A DNA stretch of 64,000 bases, taken from the NCBI GenBank assembly GCA_032654565.1, contig JAULAX010000014.1, forward strand, positions 49,788 to 113,787, written 5' to 3'. Below the pieces are notes generated by a model. That model was not told the DNA's origin. It saw only the letters and a program-made list of their open reading frames with translations, and searched no databases. Positions 49,306 through 60,759 of the stretch are shown here, one piece after another. A program made the position numbers and the translations under genes. The stretch comes from Anaeromyxobacteraceae bacterium. GTDB lineage: Bacteria; Myxococcota; Myxococcia; Myxococcales; Anaeromyxobacteraceae. Each line of letters begins with the position of its first letter. The stretch's first letter is position 1.

Positions 49306-50568
49306 ATGGCCACCCTGCGCCCCGGCTCGATCCTCGAACCGGCCCTGGAGTGCCTCTCACCGGAGGCCTGGCGGACCCGGCTCGGCCAGCGACTCGCCGC
49401 CACCGTGGCCCACGCCTGGAAGGCGGCGCCGGCGGCGCGGCGGGCCCTGGAGCAGGCCGGCCTCTCACCCGCCGACGTCCGCGGCCTCGACGACCTGGCC
49501 CGCCTCCCCATCACCCGCAAGGACGCGCTGCCCGGGCTGCAGGCCGAGGCCCCGCCCTTCGGCGGCCTGACCGGCGCCGCCCCCGGCGACCTGGCCCGGC
49601 TCTTCATGTCCCCCGGCCCCATCTACGATCCGCAGGGGCACGAGGGCGACTTCTGGCGCTTTCGCCACGGGATGGCCGCCGCCGGCTACCGCCGCGGCGA
49701 CGTGGTGCTCAACTCGGGCAGCTACCACCTGACGCCGCTCGGCTTCATGCTCGACGCCGGGGCCCGGGCCCTCGGCTGCGCCGTCATCCCCGGCGGCACC
49801 GGCCAGACCGAGCTGCAGCTCAAGGCCGCCTCGCACCTCAAGGCCACCGCCTACACCGGCACCCCCAGCTTCCTCTTCCAGCTGCTCACCCGGGCCCGCG
49901 AGACCGGCACCCCGCTCTTCTTCGAGGTGGCCTTCGTGATCGCCGAGATGCTCCCCGAGAGCCTGCGCGCCGACCTCGAGGCCTTCGGCGTCCGCTGCCG
50001 GCAGGGCTACGGCACCGCCGACCTCGGCTGCCTCTCCTACGAGTGCGCCGAGCTGGGCGGGTGGCACCTCCACCCCGACGTCCTGGTCGAGGTGCTCGAC
50101 CTGGAGACCGGCCAGCCCGCCGCCCCGGGCCAGCCGGGCGAGCTGGTGGCCACCAGCTTCGACGAGGCCTACCCGCTGCTGCGCTTCGCCACCGGCGACA
50201 TCGGCGCCCTGGCCCCGGCCGGGCCCTGCGCCTGCGGCCGGGTGGCCCCCAAGCTGGCCGGCCTGGTCGGCCGGGTCGGCGACGCCGTCAAGGTGAAGGG
50301 GATGTTCGTGCGCGGCGGGCAGGTCGAGGCGGTGCTGAAGCGCTTCCCCGAGGCCGGCCGCTTCCGCGCCGTGGTGACCCGCGAGCAGCACGTCGACCAG
50401 CTGGCCTACGAGGTGGAGGTGGACCGGCCCGGCGACGCCGCGCTGGCCGCCGCGCTCGGCGAGGCGCTGCGCGAGGAGCTGAAGGTGCGCGGCGAGGTCA
50501 GGCTGCTGGCCCGCGGCGCCCTCCCCGAGGGGAGCAAGAAGATGGACGACCGCCGGGTCTGGAAGTAG
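49306..50568 (+). CDS. Phenylacetate--CoA ligase family (PaaK-like) protein
   Basis: LPITRKD.L, SPGPIYDP, YTGTPSFL, QGYGTADLG, YPLLRFATGD, KVKGMFV. Confidence 0.88.
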   Translation: MATLRPGSILEPALECLSPEAWRTRLGQRLAATVAHAWKAAPAARRALEQAGLSPADVRGLDDLARLPITRKDALPGLQAEAPPFGGLTGAAPGDLARLFMSPGPIYDPQGHEGDFWRFRHGMAAAGYRRGDVVLNSGSYHLTPLGFMLDAGARALGCAVIPGGTGQTELQLKAASHLKATAYTGTPSFLFQLLTRARETGTPLFFEVAFVIAEMLPESLRADLEAFGVRCRQGYGTADLGCLSYECAELGGWHLHPDVLVEVLDLETGQPAAPGQPGELVATSFDEAYPLLRFATGDIGALAPAGPCACGRVAPKLAGLVGRVGDAVKVKGMFVRGGQVEAVLKRFPEAGRFRAVVTREQHVDQLAYEVEVDRPGDAALAAALGEALREELKVRGEVRLLARGALPEGSKKMDDRRVWK

Positions 50569-50574
50569 CCGGTG

Positions 50575-51015
50575 CTAGCGAGATCCGGCCGCCCGGGCGA
50601 AGTGGATCAGCGCCTCGTGGACGTTGGTGTTGGTCAGCACCCCGGCCAGCTTCCCCTGGTCGTCCACCACCAGCACGCCGTTGAGCTTCTTGTCGTGGAG
50701 CATCTGCACGGCCTCGGCCAGCGGGGTCTCGGGGTGGACCTTGTAGGGGTCGGCGTTCATGGCCGTCTTCACCTTGGTCTTGTCGAGCAGGCCGTGCAGC
50801 TCCCACTGGTCGAGCGAGGTGGCCTTGCCCGGCGTGTAGGCGGCCAGCATCTTCTCGGTGACCAGGCCGACCAGCCGCCCCTTCTTCATCACCGGGAGGC
50901 GCCGGATCGCCTTCTCCTTGAGCAGGTGGATGGCCTCGATGACCGAGGCGTCCTCCTCGACGGTGATGGGGTTCGGGGTCATCCAGCTACCGACGGTCAG
51001 TTTCGTGTCAGCCAT
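50575..51015 (-). CDS. CBS-domain pair protein
   Basis: WMTPNPITV...IRRLPVM..G.LVGLVT; second CBS with LVVDDQGKLAGVLT. Confidence 0.9.
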   Translation of the reverse strand: MADTKLTVGSWMTPNPITVEEDASVIEAIHLLKEKAIRRLPVMKKGRLVGLVTEKMLAAYTPGKATSLDQWELHGLLDKTKVKTAMNADPYKVHPETPLAEAVQMLHDKKLNGVLVVDDQGKLAGVLTNTNVHEALIHFARAAGSR

Positions 51016-51134
51016 GTCGAGACCTCGAGGTCCGAAGTGAGCAGCGGGCCTGCGGCGATGGTGGCACGCTCGGTCCCTGCCGGCAAGGCGGGGACTTGCC
51101 GCGCCTTCCCCTCCCGTGCCAATTTCGGACCACC

Positions 51135-53546
51135 TTGAGCGACCGCGCCACGCCCAAGCCGGGGACCCTCTCGGCCCTGCTCGATGACCTGGCCCGGGCC
51201 CCCCCCTCCGAGGGCGGCACCACCTGGGCCGCCGCCCTGCAGCCCGGCCAGGCCATCGGACGGTTCACCCTGTCGCGGGAGATCTCGCGCGACCCCTTCT
51301 GCGTGGTCTTCGAGGCGCAGGATGCCCTGCTGGAGCGCCGGGTCGCCTTGAAGGTGCTGCGCGCCGGCAAGGCCCAGGGCGCGGCGGCGCGGGTGCGGCA
51401 CGAGGCCGAGACCATCGCCGACCTGGCCCACCCCAACCTCGCCGCCCTCTTCGACGCCGGCCGCTGCGAGCAGGGGCCGTACCTGGTCTTCGAGCTGCTG
51501 GAGGGGGCCCGGCTGGCCGATCGGCTCCCCGCCGAGCCGCTGCCCCCCGCGGAGGCGGTCCGCATCGCCCTGGCGGTGGCCCGGGGCCTGGGGGTGGCCC
51601 ACGCCCGCGGCGTCGCCCACCACGACCTCAAGCCCGAGCAGGTCTTCCTCTCCGACGACGGGGCCGTCAAGGTGCTCGACCTCGGCGTGGCCCACACCTT
51701 CGGACGGGCCCGGCTCGACGGCGGGGCCCCCGGCTACGTGGCGCCGGAGCAGTGGCGGGGCGCCCCGGAGGACGAGCGGACCGACGTCTTCGCGCTGGGG
51801 GTCATCCTCTACCGGATGCTCGCCGGGCAGCTCCCCTTCCCCGACGACGACGGGCGCTCGGTCACCAGCCCGGCCCCGGCGCCGGCCCTCGAGGTGCCGG
51901 ACTGGCCCGGCCTCGGCGAGCTGGTGGGCCGGATGCTGGCCAAGGACCCGGTCGACCGGCCTCGTGACGGCGCCGCCGTCGCCGCGGCGCTCGAGGCGCT
52001 GCGGCCGGAGGGCAGCTCCTCGAGCCCGGGGAGCACCTCCGGCGTCCGCATCGTCCGCCGGGCCCGGCGGCTCGGCAGGCCGGCGGCGCTGCTGGGCGGG
52101 CTGGCGCTGCTGGGCGCGCTGGCCGGCGGGGCGCTGCTGCTGCGGGGGCGCGCCTCGTCGGCTGAGGCCACCCCCTCGGTGGCGGTGCTGCCCTTCACCG
52201 ACCTGAGCGAGCGGCAGGACCAGGAGTACTTCTCCGACGGCCTGGCCCAGGAGATCGTCAACGCCCTGGCGCAGCTCACCGGGCTGCGGGTGACGGGGTG
52301 GAGGTCCTCGCTCTCGGTCCGCGACCGGAGCGACGACCTGCGCGCCGTGGGGCGGGAGCTGGGCGTCGCCAACGTGCTGGTGGGGAGCGTCCGCCGGGGC
52401 GCCAACCGGGTCCGGGTGACGGCGCAGCTGGTCCGGACCGCCGACGGCCGCCACCTCTGGTCGCAGACCTTCGAGCGGGAGCTGACCGGCGTCTTCGGGG
52501 TGCAGGACGAGATCGCCAGCGCCGTGGTGGCGGCGCTGGAGGTGGAGCTGCTGCGCGGGCGGCGCCCCAGCAGCCGCGAGTACCGGACCAGCGACCCCGA
52601 GGTCTACAGCCAGTACCTCCAGGGCCGGCGCTTCCAGCGGCGGGACACCGCCGAGGGCTCCCGGCTGGCGGCCGCCGCCTACCAGCGGGCCCTCGACCTC
52701 GACCCCGGCTACGCGCCGGCCTGGGCCGGGCTCTCCGCCGCCGTCTACTTCGGCTGGGGCAACGTCGGCGACGTCGCGGCGGACCTGGCGGCCGCCAAGG
52801 AGCGCGCCTCGCGGGCGGCGGAGCGGGCCGTGGAGCTGGCGCCGGAGCTGGCCCTGGCCTACACGGCCCGGGCCTTCATCCGGGTCAACCTCCGGTTCGA
52901 CTGGGCCGGCGCCCGCGCCGACATGGAGCGGGCCCTGGCCCTCAGCCCCGGCGATCCCGAGGTGATGTGGCGCTTCGCGCGGTGGGTGCTGGGCCCGACC
53001 GGCCGCTTCGAGGAGGGCGTCGCCCTGGCCCGGCGGGCCAGCCAGCTCGACCCCAGCTACGACGCGCCCTGGTCCACGCTGGCGGCGCTCTACCTGGCCC
53101 AGGAGCGGCTCGAGCTGTCGCGCAGCGCCGCGCTCCGCTCCCTGGAGCTCTGGCCGGAGCAGGACACCGCGGCCACCTTCCTCGCCAGCGCCCTGCTCAT
53201 GGAGCACAAGCCGGAGGAGGCCATGCTGGCGGCGCGCAAGAGCGTGGAGAAGGTCTTCCACCTCCAGTTCGAGGCGGTCGGGTACCACGATCTCGGCCGG
53301 CCCCGGGAGTCGCAGGCCGCCCTCGACAAGATGATCGCCGGCCACTCGGTCGACGCGCCCTTCCAGATCGCCTGCGCCTACGCCTGGCGCGGCGAGGCCG
53401 ACAAGGCCTTCGAGTGGATCGACCGCGCCCTGGCCGTCCAGGACGGCGGGGTCAGCGAGCTCCGCCTCGAGCCGCTGCTGCGCGGCCTGCGCCGCGACCC
53501 CCGCTTCAAGGCCCTGGAGGCCAGGTTGAAGCTCCCCGCCGGCTGA
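51135..53546 (+). CDS. Ser/Thr kinase-like domain + TM + TolB-like + TPR protein
   Basis: VALKVL, HPNL, HHDLKPEQ, DLG, YVAPE, TDVFALG; TM segment; SVAVLPF.DLS...QEYFSDGL; TPR repeats. Confidence 0.88.
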   Translation: MSDRATPKPGTLSALLDDLARAPPSEGGTTWAAALQPGQAIGRFTLSREISRDPFCVVFEAQDALLERRVALKVLRAGKAQGAAARVRHEAETIADLAHPNLAALFDAGRCEQGPYLVFELLEGARLADRLPAEPLPPAEAVRIALAVARGLGVAHARGVAHHDLKPEQVFLSDDGAVKVLDLGVAHTFGRARLDGGAPGYVAPEQWRGAPEDERTDVFALGVILYRMLAGQLPFPDDDGRSVTSPAPAPALEVPDWPGLGELVGRMLAKDPVDRPRDGAAVAAALEALRPEGSSSSPGSTSGVRIVRRARRLGRPAALLGGLALLGALAGGALLLRGRASSAEATPSVAVLPFTDLSERQDQEYFSDGLAQEIVNALAQLTGLRVTGWRSSLSVRDRSDDLRAVGRELGVANVLVGSVRRGANRVRVTAQLVRTADGRHLWSQTFERELTGVFGVQDEIASAVVAALEVELLRGRRPSSREYRTSDPEVYSQYLQGRRFQRRDTAEGSRLAAAAYQRALDLDPGYAPAWAGLSAAVYFGWGNVGDVAADLAAAKERASRAAERAVELAPELALAYTARAFIRVNLRFDWAGARADMERALALSPGDPEVMWRFARWVLGPTGRFEEGVALARRASQLDPSYDAPWSTLAALYLAQERLELSRSAALRSLELWPEQDTAATFLASALLMEHKPEEAMLAARKSVEKVFHLQFEAVGYHDLGRPRESQAALDKMIAGHSVDAPFQIACAYAWRGEADKAFEWIDRALAVQDGGVSELRLEPLLRGLRRDPRFKALEARLKLPAG

Positions 53547-53599
53547 GGGGCGGCGCGGCGGCCACCGCGTCGGTGGACCCATCTCCCCGGGGCGGTGCC

Positions 53600-56500
53600 C
53601 TAGTTCACCACCGGCAGGCGCGGCGGCCGGACCCGCTGGCCGCGGCTGACGTCGTGGGCGAAGATCTCGATCCGGCTCACCACGCCCGGCGGGTACTCGT
53701 TGCCGTCGCTCTCCACCGCCACCACCGGCAGGCCGCGGGCGCGGGCCCAGGGGGCGTAGGTGGCCTCGATGAGCCGCCCCGGCAGGCAGGCGAACGGGGC
53801 GATGATGGCCACCCCGTGGTAGCCCTCGTCCATGGCCACCGCCGCCGATCCGGGCGACAGGGTGGCCTCGCTCTCCAGCTCGCAGGAGGCGAACTCCTCG
53901 GCCCGGACCATGATCCGGTCCATGCCGTGGGGCGCGTCGGGGACCATGCCGCTGAGGCCGAGCCCCTGCTTGACCTTCCCCTCGACCCAGGCCTTCCAGA
54001 GCATCTCGATCCGCAGCACCCCCATGGCGCGCAGCTCCGGGGCGAAGAGGCGGCGCCAGGCGGGCAGGGCCGCCAGCGTCTTCTTCATGCGCCGGACCTG
54101 GTCCCAGTCGAGGTAGTGGACCCACTCGGTGAGGCCGGTGATCTTGGCGACCACGCCAGCGTCGGCCAGCCGATCCACCAGCGGACCCACCGAGTACTCG
54201 TCGCGGCGCACGAAGATCTCGCCGACCACCAGCGCCTTCCTGGCCTCGGCCAGCGGCGTGCGCAGCGGGATCCGGCCGAGCCGCGCCCCCCACTCCGGCA
54301 GCCGCTCCAGCACCGCCGGGCCGCCCTGCCTGGCCTGGGCGATGACCTCCTGGATCACCAGCTCCAGCTCGGCCAGCGCCGCCGGGCGGTCCACGGCCAG
54401 GGCCGAGAGCGTCCCCTCGATGTCCCGGAGGTAGTCGCCCACGGCGATCATCCGCCAGAGCTCGCGGTTGAAGTCGGGGCCCAGCTCCGCGTAGGAGGTG
54501 TCGGAGTTGAGCGAGAGCATCACCACGTTGCGGAAGCCCAGCTCCTGCACCAGCCCCTGGTAGAAGATGGCGTACTGGCCGGTGCGGCAGGGGCCGGTGG
54601 TGATGGGCATGAACATCAGGTGGACGATCTCCTGCTCCTCGTCCTTGGGCTGCTTGGCCAGGTAGTCGAGGAAGGCCCCCAGCACCAGCAGCGCCGGGAT
54701 GCACTCCTTGCCGCTGGCCACCGCCCGGGCCCGCGGCGCCGTCCCCTGGTCGGCCGGGGGCAGCAGCACCGACTCGATGCCGTTGTGCCTGGCCACCTCG
54801 CTGACCAGCGCCGTGGTGACCCGCCCCATCGAAGGCCAGACCAGCCGGACCCGCCTGTCCTTCATGCCGCGCCGCTCGCCGGTGCGGCGGTTGATCACCA
54901 GGGCCTGGCGGTTCTCCAGCCGGATCTCCCAGTCGCTCTCCGGCGGCGGGGCGGCCGGCCGGGTGGGCGCCTTGCGCCAGGCCTCGGCCACGTCGAGGAA
55001 GGCCTCGATGCGGGTGTCGACCCCGGCGTCGGCGGTGTGGCTGTCGAGCTCCAGGGTCAGGAACGGCTTGGCGTCGTGGATCCACCGGTTGAAGTGGAGG
55101 ATGAAGGAGTCGGGGGCGCAGGAGAAGTTGGTGACGTAGCAGGCGAAGAGGTGGCGCTTCCCCTTCACCAGCACCGCCCCCTTGAGGTCCTGCTGCCCGT
55201 AGTACCAGTACATGTTGGGCGGGATGGCCTCGTCGGCCATGGGCAGGAAGTCGAAGGGGATGACGCTCCAGCCGCGGGTGACGAACTTGCGCGGGATGCC
55301 CATGTTGGCGGTGGGCGCGAAGGCGTTGTAGGGGCGGCCGAAGAGGACGATGGCCGGCCGGCCGGCGGCCTCGGCCTCGGCCAGCGCCTGCCGCCCCAGC
55401 CGCCGCCCCTCGCGGTAGCAGGCGGTCTGGCGCTCCACCGCCAGCGCCCAGGCCTTGCGCCCCTCCTCGCGGGTGTGGCCGAGCTGCTCGGCGACCTCCT
55501 GCATGGCGGGGAGGCCGGCCTCGAAGCCGCGGGTCAGGTCGAGGATGGGGCGCAGCAGCCGGGCCTCGTCGAGCGAGAAGGCGGTGCGCAGCGTGTAGGG
55601 CAGCCCCTGCATGATGGGGCAGAGGCAGGCGTGGACGTCCTTCTCGTAGGACGGCATGGCCTTCAGGTGGGGCAGGAAGACGAAGTCCGGCTGCACCGCC
55701 TGCTCCAGCAGGGTGCCCAGCTGCCCGTGGGCCAGCTCGGCCGGGTAACAGAAGGAGGACTCGCAGCGGGCCACGCCCTTCTGCGACACCTCGGGCGTGA
55801 GCTGGACGCGCACCCCCAGCGCCGCGAAGAAGTTGGAGTAGAGCGGCCAGAGCGAGTGGATGGAGAGGGCCTCGGGGACGCCCACCACCGGCCCGCCGCG
55901 GGGCAGCACGTCGGCCTGGGCGGCGTAGGTCTCGAAGTAGAGCTTGCGCCGCACCTCGACCCAGTCCTTCACCTCGCCGGCCGGCAGCACCACCTTGCGG
56001 CGCAGGTTGGCGAACTTGTTGCACCGTCCGCCGAAGTGGTGGCGGGACTCGCCCACCTTCATGATCCGGATGGGGCAGAGGTTCTCGCAGGCCCGGCAGC
56101 GGTACTCCTTCTCCGCGGAGATGCTCCGGGTGGAGAGCTCGCGCAGCTTGAGCGGGGCCTCCTTGACGCTGCCGTCGGCGAGCCGGTTGAGCCCCATCAG
56201 CGCCACGCCGAAGGCCCCCATCAGCTCGGGGTCGGGCGGCACCACCACCGGCTTGCCGAGCAGCTGGGCGAAGGCCAGGGGCATGGCCGGGTTCTTGGCC
56301 ACGCCGCCCTGCAGCACGATGCGGTTGCCGATGGTGCGGCTGCCCACCACCCGGTTCAGGTAGTTGGCGACGATGGAGAGGGTCAGGCCGGCGACGATGT
56401 CGCCGCGGGTGGCCCCCTGCGAGATGGCCTTGCGGATGTCGGAGTTGATGAAGGCCGAGCAGTGCTCGCCGAACTTGAGCGGCGCCGTGGCCTGCATGGC

Positions 56501-57877
56501 GATGGGGCCGATCTCCTCGGCGCGGGCGATGTCCAGGTCGCCGGCGGCCGACTCCTCCAGGAACGAGCCGGTCCCGGCGCTGCAGGCCTCGTTCATGGCG
56601 TAGTCGACGGGGACGTGGTTCCGCAGCGAGACGTACTTGGCGTCCTGGCCGCCGATCTCGAAGATGGTGTCGATGGCCGGGTCCAGCTCGGTGGTCCCGG
56701 CGGTGTGGGCCATGATCTCGTTGTAGATGGCCCCGGTGCCGCAGAAGACCCCCAGCAGCTCGCGCGACGAGCCGGTGGTGGCGGCCAGCACGATCTCCAC
56801 GGCGTCCTCGCCGCCGAGCTGGGCCTGGAGCTGGCCCATCACCTCGGCGAGGCAGAGGCGCAGCGCCGCCACCGGGTCACCCAGGGTGCGGCCGTAGTGG
56901 CTGGCCACCATCTCGCGGGTGGTGGCGTCGACCAGGGCCACCTTGGTGGTGGTGGAGCCGCCGTCGATGCCGAGCACGTAGCGGGCGCCGGCGCGGGCGG
57001 TGCCGCGCCGCGAGGGGTGGAAGGTGACCAGCGCCGCCGCCTCGCTGAGCGGGCGGGTCCGGGCGTAGGCCACCTCGCCGTCGCCGGCCAGGGCCTCGGC
57101 CGCCGGCAGCGGCGTGCCCCGCTCCTGCGCCAGCAGGGCGGCCCCGTAGGCCTCCAGGTAGTGGGCCTGGGCCGGCACCACCAGCTGGGCGCCGGGCAGG
57201 CCGTCGCGCACCGCCTGGACCAGGTGGGGGTTGCGCGCCGAGCCGCCCACCATCAGCACCGTGCCGGACTCGACGCGGGCCTTGGCGAGGAACTCGAGCA
57301 CCTTGCCGGCCATCACGTGGGTGAGGCTGAGGACGATGTCGTGGCGGTCGGCCTCGCCCTTGTTGAGCTTGTGGGTGCAGTCGCTCTTCATGAAGACCGA
57401 GCAGCGCGAGGAGAGCTTGTGGACGCAGGCGCCGTCCATCTCGCGGCTGTCGACCACCTCGAGCGGCAGGTCCATGCGGCGCAGCTGCTGGGCGAAGAAC
57501 TCGCCGGTGCCGCTGGCGCACTTGTTCCCGGCGTAGGTGCCGACGATGCGGCCGGCGTCGAGCCGGTAGACCACCAGGTCCTCGCCACCCACCGAGACCA
57601 CGGCGGTGGCGTCGAGGCCGAGCGCGGCCAGGGCCCGCTCCAGGGCCTCGGGGGCGATGGCCCGCTCCAGGCGGAACTGCCGGCGCCCCTCGCCGCCGGT
57701 GACCACGGTCGGGGTGCCGTCGGGGATGGACCGGCTGGCCAGGATGGCCCGCGCCGTGCCCACCACGTCCCCGTCGTGGGCCCGGACCTCGGACCAGCTC
57801 TCGGCGCCGCCGCTGAGCAGGCACGCCTTGACGCTGGTCGAACCGACGTCGAGCCCCAAACCGAACGCTTCAACCAT
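53600..57877 (-). CDS. CoA-substrate-specific enzyme activase (2 x BadF/BadG ATPase + DUF2229/HGD-D-like; 2-hydroxyacyl-CoA dehydratase system)
   Basis: GLDVGSTSVK / GIDGGSTTTK; NKCASGTGEF / NEACSAGTGSF; FSCAPDS; ELDSHTADAG; GPCRTGQY; PFACLPG. Confidence 0.9.
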   Translation of the reverse strand: MVEAFGLGLDVGSTSVKACLLSGGAESWSEVRAHDGDVVGTARAILASRSIPDGTPTVVTGGEGRRQFRLERAIAPEALERALAALGLDATAVVSVGGEDLVVYRLDAGRIVGTYAGNKCASGTGEFFAQQLRRMDLPLEVVDSREMDGACVHKLSSRCSVFMKSDCTHKLNKGEADRHDIVLSLTHVMAGKVLEFLAKARVESGTVLMVGGSARNPHLVQAVRDGLPGAQLVVPAQAHYLEAYGAALLAQERGTPLPAAEALAGDGEVAYARTRPLSEAAALVTFHPSRRGTARAGARYVLGIDGGSTTTKVALVDATTREMVASHYGRTLGDPVAALRLCLAEVMGQLQAQLGGEDAVEIVLAATTGSSRELLGVFCGTGAIYNEIMAHTAGTTELDPAIDTIFEIGGQDAKYVSLRNHVPVDYAMNEACSAGTGSFLEESAAGDLDIARAEEIGPIAMQATAPLKFGEHCSAFINSDIRKAISQGATRGDIVAGLTLSIVANYLNRVVGSRTIGNRIVLQGGVAKNPAMPLAFAQLLGKPVVVPPDPELMGAFGVALMGLNRLADGSVKEAPLKLRELSTRSISAEKEYRCRACENLCPIRIMKVGESRHHFGGRCNKFANLRRKVVLPAGEVKDWVEVRRKLYFETYAAQADVLPRGGPVVGVPEALSIHSLWPLYSNFFAALGVRVQLTPEVSQKGVARCESSFCYPAELAHGQLGTLLEQAVQPDFVFLPHLKAMPSYEKDVHACLCPIMQGLPYTLRTAFSLDEARLLRPILDLTRGFEAGLPAMQEVAEQLGHTREEGRKAWALAVERQTACYREGRRLGRQALAEAEAAGRPAIVLFGRPYNAFAPTANMGIPRKFVTRGWSVIPFDFLPMADEAIPPNMYWYYGQQDLKGAVLVKGKRHLFACYVTNFSCAPDSFILHFNRWIHDAKPFLTLELDSHTADAGVDTRIEAFLDVAEAWRKAPTRPAAPPPESDWEIRLENRQALVINRRTGERRGMKDRRVRLVWPSMGRVTTALVSEVARHNGIESVLLPPADQGTAPRARAVASGKECIPALLVLGAFLDYLAKQPKDEEQEIVHLMFMPITTGPCRTGQYAIFYQGLVQELGFRNVVMLSLNSDTSYAELGPDFNRELWRMIAVGDYLRDIEGTLSALAVDRPAALAELELVIQEVIAQARQGGPAVLERLPEWGARLGRIPLRTPLAEARKALVVGEIFVRRDEYSVGPLVDRLADAGVVAKITGLTEWVHYLDWDQVRRMKKTLAALPAWRRLFAPELRAMGVLRIEMLWKAWVEGKVKQGLGLSGMVPDAPHGMDRIMVRAEEFASCELESEATLSPGSAAVAMDEGYHGVAIIAPFACLPGRLIEATYAPWARARGLPVVAVESDGNEYPPGVVSRIEIFAHDVSRGQRVRPPRLPVVN

Positions 57878-57947
57878 CCCGGAACTCCCCTGCGATGTGA
57901 GGGCGGAGAGGATACCTTAGGGCCGGGTCGGTTGGAGTATTCCTTTG

Positions 57948-57965
57948 TGCAAACGAACGTTTGCA
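57948..57965. promoter_or_regulatory. Perfect palindrome, putative repressor operator between the divergent activase and aceE genes
   Basis: TGCAAACG-AA-CGTTTGCA. Confidence 0.6.
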
Positions 57966-58102
57966 TCCCGAACGACCCCCGGCCTTCCAGGCGCAACCTG
58001 CCGGTCGCACTGGGGTCGAACCCAAGCGGACGTGCGGCCGGCCCCTTCCCCGGATTAAAAGGAGGGCTCGCCTGACCCGGGCGGCCGAAGGGGACCACCA
58101 CC

Positions 58103-60757
<2,655 letters not shown>

Positions 60758-60759
60758 CG

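Noticed and set aside
51060..51080. Sigma54 promoter (TGGCACG)
   Set aside because: No TTGC -12 element at the required spacing.
50997..58075. 1675-aa and 1925-aa ORFs
   Set aside because: Shadow or alternative frames of the kinase and activase genes, low-complexity and R/G/A/P-rich.
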